A DNA stretch of 63,145 nt, the filler included, from Diploschistes diacapsis (taxonomy: Eukaryota), in NCBI GenBank assembly GCA_023645945.1. It is 15 parts of 15 records of this genome, joined end to end, with 100 filler letters (N's around TTAATTAATTAA, not from the genome) between each part and the next. Parts side by side here need not be neighbours in the genome. Positions count along the whole stretch, not along the records: positions 1 to 21,522 come from JALAIB010000308.1; 14 more parts are not named here. One strand, written 5' to 3'. The notes under the pieces were generated by a model. It was not told where the DNA came from and made no database searches. It worked only from the letters and a program-made list of their open reading frames with translations. The position numbers and the translations under genes were made by a program. Of the stretch, positions 1 to 13,391 are shown piece after piece. Every line of letters begins with the position of its first letter. Position 1 is the stretch's first letter.

Positions 1-502
1 GGTTAGGAGGGGTTGGCGACGAGGCGAGAGCGGGGTGAGAGGAAATGCTGCTGAGGGTGGTGAATAGGGAGGGGAGAGTATTGGCTGGTGCATGAGGGGA
101 GGGTGGGACTTGTGGAGAGACGATGGTCGAGAAGAATTGCAGGGCCGGAAGCTGTTGCGACAGTATTGTTGTTTGTATACGGAGACGTGTTTTGGGTTTA
201 AAGAATCTTCCATGTTCTGGTGAGCTGTAGTGATTCTGGGACCCTCGGACCGATACCAAAGATGGAAGTTAGGACTGTTGTCTGCACGACGTGGAAAGTT
301 TGTGTTTTATTTCTAATAACAAACGTAGATATACACTCTGATCAAAAATGCTAGGCATCTCCTTCTCCTGCGCCTATCGAGGCTCGATAGAGAGGGCAAC
401 GTGCCATGCAAATAGGCTCGAAAATTACATGCCCGCGCTCTCATCGGTATTACTCTATTATATATCCGTATATTATATCATATGCAAGCGAAAGCACCTG
501 CT

Positions 503-2311
503 TCAAGCAACCTGTTTAATCCCACACTTCCACCCTGAATCCTGGCTCAGCAGCGGCAAACTACAGTCCTTCGGTCAGCGAAATCAAAATTGCAGAAAAG
601 AACCGGAACATACCTCGCGCCCAAACACCACCCCAACTCCTTGTTATTAATCTTCTTCGCAATCCTTACCTCCCTGTCTATCGGCATCTCGTACCCCGTA
701 TGCAGCAGAGCTATCATGAAATTCAGATCCAGGCAATGCTCCGGGCGATCTTCCAATTCCGCGATCGCGCCGTCGACAGTCTCGAAATTGCCCCATGCGG
801 CTTTCCCCTGGCAGACCTGCGCTGTGAGGTCGCGCATCTCGCGTAGTGTAAAGGACTCCGGCATACCGAGCGGTTGCAGGCGGTCGTAGAAGTAAGAGAA
901 GATGTAAACGTCTTCCCAGGCGAACGTTTTCTCGAGCGAGGGCTGGTGAACGCCTTTGAAGGAGCAGGGCGCTAGCTTGCACTCCGCTTCCTTCTGCAGT
1001 ATTTTCTCCGCTAGGCCCCGACACTGGGCGGGAGCAGCGACAGCAGGGCCGGTCATCCGCACGGTGTACTCAACATCGTCGAGCTTGACCGTAGTGTCCT
1101 TAGTGGTCATGTTGGGCGGGATGCACGGGTTCTCGATGGGCATGTCTGCCCAGGACTTGTCGCCCGGGTGGGACTCGCGCTTGGCGGAAACTACGAGCTT
1201 GTGGATAGCGTCGCGGGCGGCCATGAGCCCGTAACCGAGATGCGAATGCTGGTAGAGCTCGAAATCGCGGCCGCCAAAGCTGAGGCTGTATTTATGGTCG
1301 CCTTCGGCAAGCTTCTCGGGCATGCCCTTGGATGGACTCTTGAAAGTAGGTTGAAAGACGATTTGGGTGGAACCGCCGCCTAGGTCGAACACAGCTGCTG
1401 TTGGCGTGAGATCTGGGCCACCGATCTTCCCGAGGAGATAATTTGTGGTGATCCATGCGTAAACACCTTCATCGCTGCCGTCCATGATCACGACCCCGTT
1501 CTTTTCTTTAGACACCACGGGAAAGGGGTACATGGTCTCTAAACGGTTTCGTACCGCCTCTAATATCTTCGCACTCTTTTCCTCGCCTAGTAAGCGCAGA
1601 CCTGCTGTAGCCTTTACAGCTAGCGGCGAGCAGTTTTGGTACTTCTTGGGCACAAAATCTACTGCAACTTTCATTAATGGGTCCAAGCTCTTTGCTGCTC
1701 CCTCTGAATCCGTGTCGTATGAACTCAAACCGGCACCACCTGGCTTCTTTTCTGTCATAGCAAATTCCTCATGCTCCAATTCAGGTGTCGGACCGCAATT
1801 ATTAAAACGATAAACGTGTATGCGTGAGCCGGTACTCCCGGCATCGATCATCAGGGCATATTGTATTAATGGCTTGTCCGAGGAATATGATTTCGAGCAC
1901 TTCGTCACCCCATTGTCGGACGCAGAAGTAGAGGAACCCCGTTGGCCTGGATGGAGTTATCAGCAACATATTATGTTAATTCGAGAGGGTTAGTCTCTTA
2001 CTCCCAACAAGACCTGTAACCCGCGTGCGCTCATTCGGCGAAAGTAGGAAGTAAAGGAAAACGATAAACACGACCAATCCACCGCCCTTTACGTACCTGC
2101 TCCTCGCACTTTGATTCATCCAAGCGTCTTGTAGATTCTCGAGAAAACCAGAGCCTCTGTCGTCGTAGTTGTCTGTGTGCCTTTCGGCCTTTTCGTAGGG
2201 ATGCGTAATATTTTTTGTTGGAAGAGAAATAGATCGTCTTCGAGGGGTAGAGCCGAAGCTGATATACGACCAATAAGTTGGGCGCCGGCGACCGTCGACT
2301 GCAGTGGACAT
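503..2311 (-). CDS. GDA1: Golgi guanosine diphosphatase (GDA1/CD39 apyrase family), 3 exons: 2311-2002, 1946-614, 560-503
   Basis: Apyrase conserved regions DAGSTGSR, KATAGLRLL, MDGSDEG, DLGGGSTQ and GWCLGA; N-terminal TM helix (GGLVVFIVFLYFLL). Removing GT-AG introns 2001-1947 and 613-561 restores the frame, ending SLPLLSQDSGWKCGIKQVA*. Start codon is the best guess. Confidence 0.93.
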
Positions 2312-2724
2312 GGAAGAGGAAGGACGGATACTGTAAAGGCCTGGCTCAATACTTCTGCACCCAGCCGTCGAGAAGGTTATGGGTGCAACGTTCGCGGAGT
2401 ATGAAGTTACCCGCTGGTCAGGCAGTGAAACGAAACTGTTCGGTATAGAGGCCAATTGACACTAGGTAGAACTTAAGTGGTTAAAAGGAGCAAATCCGAG
2501 GTCTTGAGGAAGATTAAACATGCTGTCAATAACGGAAGCCTATGTTCGGATGTTCTTTCTTGAACTTAGATTTTTGCCGAAAGCCGCCTCTGGCTACTGT
2601 TGCCTACGACATTAAAAGCCCTCCGTTGAAATCAACACCTACACTTAACTTGTCTTTCAACATTCGATTTCAACGGCGTTAATACCATTGCTTAAACCTA
2701 TCAGCGCTCATCAAATATCACAAT

Positions 2725-3186
2725 ATGGTAAAGCTATCAACCTCCACTAGCGAAGCCCCCGCCTGCTGACATTCCAATAGTCAAAAGACTCATCCCACCA
2801 CTACATCCACTTCAAGTCCTCCCGCCTAGCCGACCTCTTTGAGGTCCGTCCTTTTCTCTCTTCCACCCTTGCTTCCTTATTCCTTAAACCTCTCCTACTT
2901 ACACTGCTTATAGGAATTCTCCCGCCCTCATCTTCCGCAGGAGGAGATCTACGTCCCGCCCCAGCACCAGCCCGTCAACCCAGAAGACGAGGATGATGTT
3001 GTGCCGGATCAGCACGCTGCTTTTGGGATTCAACGCGCGACGCAGACAAAGCGCGAACCGGCCTGGAAGGATCTTGGATTGGAGGACCTAATGATCAGGG
3101 GCCCGAAGGAGGAGGACTCGGGTGCGGTGACCAGGGTTGCGTTGGAGAAGACGGTGGGGAAGAGGACTGTTGGCTTACCGCGATGA
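2725..3186 (+). CDS. APC13: Anaphase-promoting complex subunit Apc13/Swm1-like protein, 3 exons (ATG-only first exon 2725-2727; 2781-2843; 2913-3186)
   Basis: Spliced product MSKDSSHHYIHFKSSRLADLFEEFSRPHLPQEEIYVPPQHQPVNPEDEDDVVPDQHAAFGIQRATQTKREPAWKDLGL matches the fungal Apc13p pattern (W.DLGL); both introns are GT-AG. Confidence 0.8.
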
Positions 3187-3362
3187 GACCGTTACTGCGG
3201 TTTGATTCGCGGTGCGCAACTTACGGTGGATAATTGAACAGTGAGAAATAATCTCCAATGTTAGGAAACGCTTTTGAGCGTGTGCATGCTCTAATCCATC
3301 AACGAACGTGGACCAAGCCGCTAATCCTCGATACCCTGTTATGCATCACTCCGAAAAGAGAT

Positions 3363-5430
3363 TCATATCCGCACAACATCTACTCTGGCTCTGTCATACA
3401 ACTGATTGCCGATAGCATTATCAGGAGTGTTCTGCTCCTCCGCTGTAAGCTTTCTTGGATGTACTGTCATTTGAGCATAGGTTCCTGGGGCCTTGCGTTT
3501 TGATAAAGTTCCAGGGTTGATAGTCAACACACCTTCAACGACCTGCTCTACAATTAGTCAGGTTCATGCAGCGTACGGTGCATTCAGGTTTTACCTTTGC
3601 AAAGGGAGGAAGTGCACTCGGTAGGATCAGAATATCAGGTCTCGTATTAGGCCACTCGCCGAGCTTCAAGTAGCTTATATCAAGCGGTGTGCCTGTGGCA
3701 ATTGCATCCTCAATGCTAGGCTTAGGCAACGAGGCGCGGTTGACAGGCGGGAATAGTGGGAAGAAATGGCTTTGTTGAATGATATGTCGGGAGAGCCTCG
3801 TGAGCATGTTGGTCTCTTTCTGTACCCCTACGGAGGCCTCCGATAGACGAAGATCATAGAGAATGTCTTGCGCGGTAATACCAATGACCATATCGTTGCA
3901 TGTGACTGCTACTGGATTTGGAATCATCCTTGCTTGTTTGGGCAGACCTAGCTCTTTCTTGGGCAATGCAGCCTGGGGCCAGGACAAATGCTTGCTGACG
4001 GCATCCCGAGCAGAAGGAATCATAAGAATCATGATGCCAGGAATACTCTGAGCAAGTCGTTGCAGCGGCTTACTGATTAGGATTCTGAAGATATCGTTCA
4101 TAGTTGCCCTATCCGGCTCGAGCTGAGGATCTTCTGGAAGTTCGAAATCACCCGAGGCAACAAGTGGATGCTCGGCATCAAGGAACGGACCTACTAATAT
4201 GAGAATATCGGCATAGCTATCTCTAGCCTTGCTACATAGGGCTTGTAAAGGCTCAAACCCAAGGTTGTCATCAGCCGTATATGGACCTGCCGATATCATC
4301 ACATTAAGTGCATGCGCCGCGCTTGCGTTTTCGACGTCTTCGATACCCAATCGCTCGTTGGCCGCTTCGATAATAGAAGGCGTTGAGACCGCAGGTGGCA
4401 ACATTGGTATTTCGAGTATCTCAGCAACCGTGAAGGAATCACCCGATGCATTTGTACCACGTAGAGCAACGATTTGGCCTGGAAAAAAAGCCCCGGATAC
4501 GCCGGCCATGAATTTCAGAGGCACTCTTACTCCAGCGCCTGCTCGACGTGACATCTCAAGCACAATGGAATTAGCGTTCATCTTTGCGTCTGGGGTATCC
4601 GAGGCTATCCTTCCGACAGTGATTATTTCGTTTGTGCTTTTGTTAGCAGCATTGCCGAATGCAGAGTCATCGAGGCTGTGATGCTTTTGCGCTGACATGG
4701 TGAATTCTTCTATTCGATCGTCTAGCACTTCCGATGCTTCCGACAAGTGCATGGCAAGTGGTCTATAATTGTATTTCGGAAGGTCTGTGTTGGCACGGAG
4801 CACAATTCTCGGCTCAGCGGCGGGCGCGACGATCTCGCAGGGGTTGAGATGGCCATTGAGTGTCTCGATGATCTGGCCAGCGTTTTGACGCTCGTTGAAC
4901 GGAATATTTGTGCCACCAGATTTCTTCTCTGAAGCAATGCCGTTCGTCGGCGAGCTTCTTCCTGTAGACTTGGCCGACTTTGGTGCGGGTGTTTCGAAAG
5001 CTGCTTTCCGCTTGCTCAACTTCGACGCAGGTGTCTTCGGCGTGACATTATCGAACCTAATTTCTTTCAGACAACGCTTCAATAAGAACCAAAGTGCTTA
5101 CAATCCGAAAACATCTTCAGTATTAACAGCCGCACGGGGAGTAGCATGTACAGTCCTCTTCTCAGAGCCGCGCATGTGCCCTTTACCTCTAGCTTCCCTG
5201 TCGAGTACTTCCTGTATATCCTTTTTGAAAGCCCTTGCCGTATCAAGATTCAACTTCGTCTCTGCCGCGCCCATCTTGATACAGTATGATTCCCATTTGT
5301 AGAAGAGCTCCTGTGGGGACATGGAGTGCAGCCGGATTATCGACTGTAACTCCCCAAGCACGTCCGGAGGCAGCTTGGCCTCCCCAAGCATCTGGAAAAG
5401 ATCATTGAGCTCTTCTTCGTGGTCAGCCAT
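3363..5430 (-). CDS. POL12: DNA polymerase alpha/primase B subunit, 3 exons (5430-5102, 5056-3595, 3542-3363)
   Basis: N-terminal ELFYKWESYCIKMG, OB fold (VGRIASD, FFPGQIVALRG), phosphoesterase-like SAGPYT/ILVGPFLD, PDILILPS; last exon VVEGVLTINPGTLSK...RARVDVVRI*. Confidence 0.95.
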
Positions 5431-5771
5431 ATTGAGTCTGCTTTAGTATGCTGCTAATGTGTTTTGGGTGAATCGTTGTTCTTGATTGTTGAATTTCGAC
5501 TTCGCGTAAATTGGAGGCTGAAGGAGACGTGACGAGCGCGTCGGCGTTATAATAGCGTGACAAGCAGCCGGCAATATCGGATCTTCTCCGTAGCGCAAAC
5601 ACAATTCAGGAACAAGGGGATCCACTACAGGGATGTTTTGGATTCCAACAAACAAAGATTTGGTTGTACTTTGCTATGGTTGTGAGCATCGCTGTTTGTC
5701 AACTTCATAGTGAGGAAGCTCCTTCTCGTTCAAATCAGCCAGATTTCGCTATCTCGTTATATCAATTCCCA

Positions 5772-7049
5772 ATGGCCGACGTTGCAGAAGCTCAAGCTCC
5801 TTCGCAGCCAGCAGAACCCGAGCTTCCACCCAAGATGGCCTCCACCGACTTCTCCACCTCCTCCAACTCCATAGTCGAGAACGACTCCATCATCAGTAAC
5901 CGCAAAACTGCATTCGCGCACCCCTCCAAATCCACCACCATACCTACAGCTCCAGAACTTACAACCGAGCAAGAAACAAAATACAACTCCTTGCACAACA
6001 CCGTCTCCTCATGGACCTCCCTACCCAATACCTCCGCCACCAACGCTTCATCTTCCCCGCTCACCGAAGCAGAACAAATGTGGCTATCACGAGAGTGCAT
6101 CCTCCGCTACCTCCGCGCCACGACCTGGAACGTCGCCCAGTCGGCGCAGCGGCTACGGGCCACGCTGATCTGGCGGCGCGAGTACGGGCTCTATACCAAG
6201 CTCACGGCGGAGTATGTGCAGGTCGAGAACGAGACGGGGAAGCAGTGGATTCTGGGCTACGACAACGCGGGCCGGCCGTGCCACTACCTGAACCCCTCGC
6301 GGCAGAATACGGAGAAGAGCGACAGGCAGATCGAGCATCTGGTGTTTATGATGGAGAGGGCGATCGACCTGATGCCGCCGGGTCAGGAGACGCTCGCGCT
6401 GTTGATGAATTTTGCGGAGACGAGTAGAGGGCAGGGCGCGACGCTCCAGCAGGGGCGGCAGACGATGTATGTTCTGCAGCATCATTATCCGGAAAGGCTG
6501 GGAAAGGCGTTGCTGATGAATCGTGAGTGGTGACCGCCCATGCCTGCCGTTTCTGGGAGGGTTCTAGTGAGTTGAGATGCTAACGAGGGGGGCATTCTAG
6601 TGCCGTGGCATATTTCGGCGTTCATGAAACTAGTGTTCCCTTTTATTGATCCACGAACAAAGGAGAAGATCGTTTTCAACGAGGATATGCGAAAATATGT
6701 CCCTCCGGAGCAGCTCCGCAGGTCGCATGGCGGCGATGTGGAGTTCGAATACGAGCATGGTGTGTATTGGCTATCATTAATAAAGCTTGCGGAGGAAAGG
6801 AGGAGACTGCAGCATGAAAGATGGGTTAATGGAGGTAAGATGATTGGAGAATACGAATTATATATGAAGGGCGGGCAGGATGAGAGTCTTTGTAGCACCA
6901 TGAACGTAGCCAATGAAGAGCTCGCTGAGAAAACGGCCGGCATATCATTAGACGGAAAGCAAGCAGAAACAGCCATGACGGCCAATGGCGAGGGTAAGAA
7001 AGCCAACGAAAATGCTTCCAGAGTGGATGCTGCTGTCTCAGAAATCTAG
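5772..7049 (+). CDS. PDR16: Sec14-like CRAL-TRIO phosphatidylinositol transfer protein (Pdr16/Sfh3 type), intron 6523-6600
   Basis: WLSRECILRYLRATTW, ENETGKQWILGYDNAGRPC, QHHYPERLG, PFIDPRTKEK, GGDVEFEYEH; GTGAGT...CTAAC...TAG intron joins the two ORFs. Confidence 0.9.
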
Positions 7050-7466
7050 TTTTTGATACCCTGGATTTGGCGTTTAGAAGTTAGACTTCATATTCTGTAA
7101 GATCTATAAACCATCGCCGCCATCAGATATAATGTATGCACTCTTCATACCTTTCAAAGATATTCCCGCATTGATAGACTTCACCCATTTATCTTTCTCC
7201 GTAAACGCTTGCGCGTATAACTCCGCCAAGTCTAGTTCCACAAGTGCAAATATCACGGATCGTAAAGTACACAGTCAGTTGCTTGGATGCAATTCAGGTG
7301 TCATGGCAACGTGTAGCGGTATCCTAGAGGATCTTGGACCAAGGCCTGATATGTGACTCTTCTCATCGAAGCGGCACGACGGTATCAAGCAGACTTGCGC
7401 TGTCGAGAGGCCGTGAGAAGCTTCATAGTTTATAAGCGATTTTTAAAGGGTGTTAAAAGATGTGGT

Positions 7467-8915
7467 TCAGGTATTTGTGCTTAAGCGATGGATGCTAGGA
7501 ACTGAGCTCGGGGGCAACGACCCATGCTCGGTAATGACCAGAGTGATGTACTCGGCTGGTGTCACATCGTACATGAGGTCGAGTAGCTGTAGACTTGGCA
7601 CGTCTTTCCAGCCGTTGAGGGGTGAGAATTTCTCGTGCTTCAAAGTCAGCTCATCTGGAGGCACTACCTCGTTGATCACGATAGAGTCTAAAGCTACTCT
7701 GTCGGTGAATTTGACGCTTTCGCAACAGACTATGACCGGAACATCAGCTTCTTTGGCCATCATAGCGACTATTGCTGTCCCAATGCGCGAGTAAAGTCTG
7801 CCGTTGCTTAACATCGAATGAGCACCCAGGAACACCTTTGTAGCGTCTTTCGTGAAATGCGCTAGAGCATGCGTAAACGAGTACTGCACCTCAATACCAA
7901 CATCTGCAAGTGCCTTTGCGAGATTCTTGCCTTCGAATAGGGGTCTGGAATCGACAATTATGACTCGGAATCTCACGCCTTGCCGGTAAGCCTTGATGAG
8001 GGTCTGTTGGACAACGTGGCTCTTGGCGAAAGTCAAGATTACATCTCCATCTCGGATCTTGTTGACGGCGGTTGAGGTTATGACCTGGTCGGCGACTGTA
8101 ATGCGCTCCCGGATGAAGTTGTCAATAGCCTCACAAAGGTCGGTTTTGGCCCTCTCCTCGGGCGTTTCGATATCTACATCGTTGATCTCAAGCTTTAGCC
8201 AGCGAATGGCGTTGCCCATGGACGCAGACATTGGTCGGCAAGACGTAAGATACTCGATCTGCGGAGACAGATGTGCAGTCAAGTTACGAGGTAAGGAAGT
8301 ACCAGGAGGCGTGACATAGGATTGGATGACCTATATATCAGCAATCAGAGCTAGCCTAAAACAATAAGACTGGTGTTCTTTTACCCTTTTAAAAGCGAGT
8401 AAAGTTCCAACACATCTTGCGCTGCTCCCACAGATCACGTAGTTGCTCATTTGCAAGCCCAGTGCTAACACTGCTGGATGCACATCCTTACTCGCCCCTG
8501 CTAAGGTGGTCCGATGCGACTGTCCATATAAATGTCCGAATAAGGCAACTTTCTTTACCTCCTTTGGGGGTTGCTCTGCAATAGCTTTCTCAGGCTTCTG
8601 GACTTGTCTTACCGGAAGTGGCTTTAGTGGCTGCTGAGGAACAACCTGCTTCTTTTCCTGGCTTTTCTTCTCTTGGGCTGCAGATGCTCCTTGTTTGGTT
8701 GAATTTTTCTTGCCCTGCTGTCCTTGGGCGGCTATCTCCGCACTCTGTCCAGAAGCAGTTTGAGGCTTCTCCTGTGCTCTCTTGGCTGCTTTTTCCGCTT
8801 TCTTTAGCTTTTTGCGCTCAGCGTTTGACAATTTCTGTATTTCTGCCTCAGACGCCTCCGGGTCAGTGTCTTGGGTGCCATTCGGCGTATTCTTAATTTC
8901 TTCTGCAACAGGCAT
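7467..8915 (-). CDS. GCD2: Translation initiation factor eIF2B delta subunit, intron 8384-8331
   Basis: Lys-rich N-terminus, VHPAVLALGLQMS...ICGSSARC, CRPMSASMGNAIRWLK, VIIVDSRPLFEG, YDVTPAEYI. Confidence 0.93.
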
Positions 8916-9431
8916 GGCAAATTCCTAAAGAAAGACAAGACATGGAGCTCTTTCCAAAGGATAGGTTACCTTTGCAGCACCAGCAGAAAACCTTTCTTCC
9001 GATCAAGAGATAATGTGAGTCACAAACCTAAAGAACAATGTTTGCTAAAATATCTTTATAGCGAGGATCGTCTATTAAGAAAAGTGGAAACGTCACAGCT
9101 AAGTGTCGTTGATGTGTACCACCTGGGGAAGGGGCTTGGAGCAACTAAGCTGCCGGGGTATTCTCCAGGCCTCGTTGCAATCACCCTAGAGGTTTACAAC
9201 CCGAGTTCAGTAGACGATATTTTCAGAATCCGAAATATTGGAAATTCAGAACTTCGGAACAAAAGCCTGGCGTTGCTGTCTGCATATCTGAGCTTTCGAA
9301 ACAAAAATCTGAAGGTAATTCATTTCGTTCCTACCGGAGCCTGCTGCCCGTATGTACAATATCGTGACACAAACACCAGCCGACAACGGCAACGCAAAGA
9401 GTAAAGCTATCACCGCTCGCGTCCTCGCCAA

Positions 9432-9807
9432 TCACTCCATCGACGAAGCTGCAGTAACCTGCGATTGTCCAGCCATAGTGCCCGCCGCGCTCCCCTGAGC
9501 TCCCTTCTCTCTCTCCTCCCTTCTCTGTCTCCTTTCTAGCAATCTGTTTCTCCTCTCTGCCAAATATGCGACCTGTCTATTCTCGACGCCCAACATCCAG
9601 TATCCAAAGCTTGCTCCTACCCCAGCGTAGACTGGCCAGGCCCAAAGGGACTCCTTATTGAAAAACGGACGCATCTCTATACCGAGCTGCCAGAAGCGCA
9701 CGGCAATGCCTTCGGAACATCAGTATATGAACCCGGTTTCATAAGAAAATTGCCTGTATTGAGGGAGGAAACATACCGAAGCCCGTCCAGAACAGAATCT
9801 TGTGCAT
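9432..9807 (-). CDS. NADH:ubiquinone oxidoreductase ~14 kDa accessory subunit (NDUFC2/B14.5b-like), intron 9776-9710
   Basis: Spliced MHKILFWTGFGIAVRFWQLGIEMRPFFNKESLWAWPVYAGVGASFGYW is the typical fungal pattern of this subunit. Confidence 0.82.
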
Positions 9808-10130
9808 GGCGTCGCAACGTAGTTTAACTTCTTATCAGTATCCCGATTGATTCGCCGTCCGGCTTAGTGTTGAGGATATATGGAGCTGAGGGTAAGTGTT
9901 TTGAATATCTCGAATGTAAACTTGTAGTGGAATGGCTGGTTATCGATCCGATCAGAAGGGTTGCTCACGTTGCTATGGCTTGTGATGTCGGAGAGCTTGG
10001 GCCGCTACTTGTAGGGCTGAGAAAAAACATAAGGATGTGCGAGTCGTTCTCTACAACACTGAAACGTAACTGATACCATTAGCACTGGACCTTCCAGCAA
10101 ATATTCTGCCCAGCATAAAACCTCTGATCC

Positions 10131-12548
10131 ATGCCAGCAGGTATGGCATCTGTGCATGCCGTTTCCGCAACAGCAGAAAACACCAGCCAGCCTCCGCGTA
10201 AGAAATTCAAGACATCCGAACTGCCACTCAATCATACCCAGCGTGCAGTCATAGATGGTCTTCTGCATACGCTTAAAAAGAAGGGCGAGTTTGACTCCGT
10301 TAGGAAACAGGCATGGTCAATGTTTGAAGGAGTTAGTTTTGATCGTCAGTATAGCAACGGTACCTTTCGCTTACTTTTTTTGCAATAGAATGGTAAAGAT
10401 GAGCTCAATCGGGCTTTGATAGAGTTTGCAGAGTCAGAGATTGAACGTGAACCACCGCTACTATCACGCGAGCCGCGTAAAGCGGCCACTTTGATCGAAG
10501 GCGCCGTTGACCGTAGTGGAATCTACAAAGATGTAGAAGCTCGACTTGACGCCTTCATCTGCGAGCATCTTGACCATATCGAATCTATTGCAAGATCAAT
10601 TCGTAGGCAAGAAGCGGGGGAGGAAACAGCTGCAGAAGAAGAACGACGTGGAAACAAGTCAGATGAAGTCTATGTTCAAGAGGTTGCAGAGCGGCGGGTC
10701 CGGCGAGAACAAATCCGCGCCAAAGAAGAAGCAGAGAAGAGAAAGCAGGAGGAGATTGAGAAGCTGCGTGAGAAAGAGAGAAAAGCGAAGCTAGAGATAG
10801 AGAAATTGAAGATTCAGAGCGAGAGAAAGAAAGAAGAGATTGCTCGGCTGGAAAAACGAAAGGCGGAGCGAGCAGCACGCAAAGAAGCTGAGAGGAAGCT
10901 TGCAGAAGAACGAAGAGCTGAGCAGCGCGCTCAAGAGGAAAAGCGGAGGCTCGAGGAAGAGGCAAGGCAGATGGAAAGAGAAAAAGAGAGGAGCGCTCGG
11001 AGAGAAAGAGAGAGCGAAAGGTACAAGAGCCACAGTAGAGAGCGGGAGCCTCGAAGACGTCGTCTCAGCGACGAAGGCGCGTCCAGGTCAGACGCCTTGA
11101 AACCGAAAACACTGACCGACAAAGAACTTGAAGAAGCAGCCCTCGAACTACTGCTTCAAGAAGGCCGAGATTTGGCTGCCAAGTCGTTGCCAAATCAAGA
11201 CACTGAAAGATCCGAGTCACTGGAGCCGCCGCTTCGCAAAAGCACTTCCACAAGACTGAAATACTCGGACATCAGCAGCAGGCCCAGAGAAGATCATCGT
11301 TTACCACCACGGGATCGTGATTCCAGACCGTCGTATCGAGATCATCGAAGTCGTAGCAGAAGTCCAGATCAAGATTCGAGGAGCAACCACCGCTCATCAC
11401 GAGACTGTAGGACTCGCTCTCGCTCTTCATCTCGAAATCGAACACCTTATCGTGATCATGCGAAGGATCCGGAGGAGAAGGCGGCATGGAAGCGAAATCA
11501 AGCTTTAAAACGCGAAGAAGCTGCTGCTCGTTACAAGCGCGAGATGTTGGAGAGAGGAGAGGGTTCGCAAACGGGTGGACCTCTTAACGAGCGATCGACC
11601 TCTGAGGCGAACATCTCAGTGCCTCGATCACGCGGCAGGTCTCGCTCACGCAGTCCTCATCCGGCTAGCAGGCAGGACAGATCTCATTCTCCTGTCGTTC
11701 GCAAGCAGCATGGTGAATTGTCAACACGGCAGAAATCACCCAGTGACATTGACCGATACGTTCCCAGAGCAACTCCGCAACAGAAAGACCCTGGTGAGTC
11801 TTCTACGCTCTTAAAACGGAAAGATGATCATCGAGAAAAGGTCAATGTTAGGGAAGCTGCTAGAGAGAAGGATCGGGTCGAAGATCGTGACAGGGATAGA
11901 GATAGAGGTAAGGACCGTGACCGTGACCGTGACCGTGACCGCGACAGGGAGAGGGACAGGGACAGGAATCGTGAGCGTGAACGTGACAAAGATGGTGATC
12001 GGGATAGGGAACGACCAAGCCACCACGACAGAGATAGAGATAGAGAAAGGACGAGAGACAAGGACAGAGACTGTCGCCGTGACCGCGACCGCGACTACAG
12101 AGACACAGAGAGAGATAGGGAACGTGACCGTGTTCGCGAGCGTGATCGTGACCGCGAACGAGAAAGGGATAGGGATAGGGATAGGGATAGGGACATGGAC
12201 AGGAATAGGGACCGCGACCGCGATCGTGACCGAGACCGAGATAGAGGTAGAGATCATGACAGGGACCGAGAAAAGGAGCGTGACAGGGATAGGGACAAAA
12301 GCCGCGAAAGACGGCGAGAACGCGATCGCGATGACCGCTCGGCCAGAGACAGGGACAGTCGTGATCACCGCAGTTATGACCATGACCGTCGCAAAGAAGG
12401 CGGAAGCCACCGCGACAAGGAATATCGGCCATCGGAGAAGAGTGATGAGAAGCGTGGATGGGTGGAGATCGATCGCTACGTGCCTGGCAGCAGCAGCTCG
12501 AAAAGAGTGGACAAGGAGAAGAAGCGGGAGCGCAGTGCGAGCAGATAA
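10131..12548 (+). CDS. BOD1/Shg1 (COMPASS-associated) domain protein with charged coiled coil and long RD/RE dipeptide tail, intron 10332-10388
   Basis: N-terminal LLHTLKKKGEFDSVRKQ resembles the COMPASS-Shg1 domain; GTTAGT...TAG intron joins it in frame to the 710-aa ORF; two IDRYVP motifs flank the RD tract. Confidence 0.78.
11870..12420 (+). repeat. Coding hexamer-periodic repeat (GACCGT/GATAGG/GACAGG) encoding the RD tract
   Basis: Directly visible tandem hexamers with synonymous variation. Confidence 0.9.
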
Positions 12549-13142
12549 CGTGCATACTACAGCATATAGGCAGGTATGTACGAGAGCACTATGATGCAAG
12601 TTTATTCCCACAAGATCATAGCGACAGGACAGAAAAAGAGTGAAGTGGATTATGAAATTTTTATTTAAAGTCTTTGGTCGGAGTTCGTGTCCTTCAGTGT
12701 TCCATACTCCTCCCCCAACATTTAATTCCCAAGCGAGAACAGCAACCAGAACAGGCCAAGCCGAAATAGAACACGAACGGCAGTTCTTCTTCCCAGATGC
12801 CCCAAAACGCCAAACGCCGGATGCCGAAGTCGAGGTGCGCCACTCCACAGCTGAAGCAGAAAACAGAGCCAAAGGCCTCGTCGCTATCGTCGTTCATTGT
12901 CATAGTGTCCAAGCACCCCAGATGCCCAACGCTGTCGAAGACCTTCCCAGTTTCATTACGACAAGTCACGATGCCCGAAAAAAAAAAGACCAGATCCCCA
13001 ACGATGCCGAAGACCCTCCCGAAAACCCCCATGATGGCAATGCTCAACGACGCTTCCAAACCCCAACCGCTGACAAGGCGAAGCTTGTCATGCTAAACTC
13101 TAGACTCCGCCAGCCCCCTCGGTTTACCTCCACTAACCAGAA

Positions 13143-13391
13143 TTACCGAGACGACAAGTGGGATGCTCTGCTGAGGAGCGGCTGGATCTCGGCGCGGTAG
13201 GCTCCGGCGCCGTACCTGGCACGCCCGCTCTCGAGGGATGAAGCAGAAGCAGCGGAGAAGTAGGAAGTTCCCGAACGGTAGTTGGAGGTGGTGGCGCGGT
13301 TCCGGGCTTGGGCGCGCTGGCTTGTGGGCAGAGGGCTCGTTGGCTCCTCCTTGCCCTTGTTCCTTCCGAAGAGTCTCTTGAAGAAGCACAT
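13143..13391 (-). CDS. Possible small hypothetical protein (MCFFKRLFGRNKGKEEPTS...)
   Basis: ATG in an A/C-rich context after a CA-rich leader; no recognised domain. Confidence 0.3.
   Translation of the reverse strand: MCFFKRLFGRNKGKEEPTSPLPTSQRAQARNRATTSNYRSGTSYFSAASASSLESGRARYGAGAYRAEIQPLLSRASHLSSR

Noticed and set aside
1..213. Minus-strand ATG-initiated frame running off the window start
   Set aside because: Ser/Pro-rich with no motif and truncated; insufficient evidence.
11811..12872. Long alternative-frame and antisense ORFs (VTVT, SLSL, GHGH, PYPY)
   Set aside because: By-products of the hexamer-periodic RD-coding repeat.
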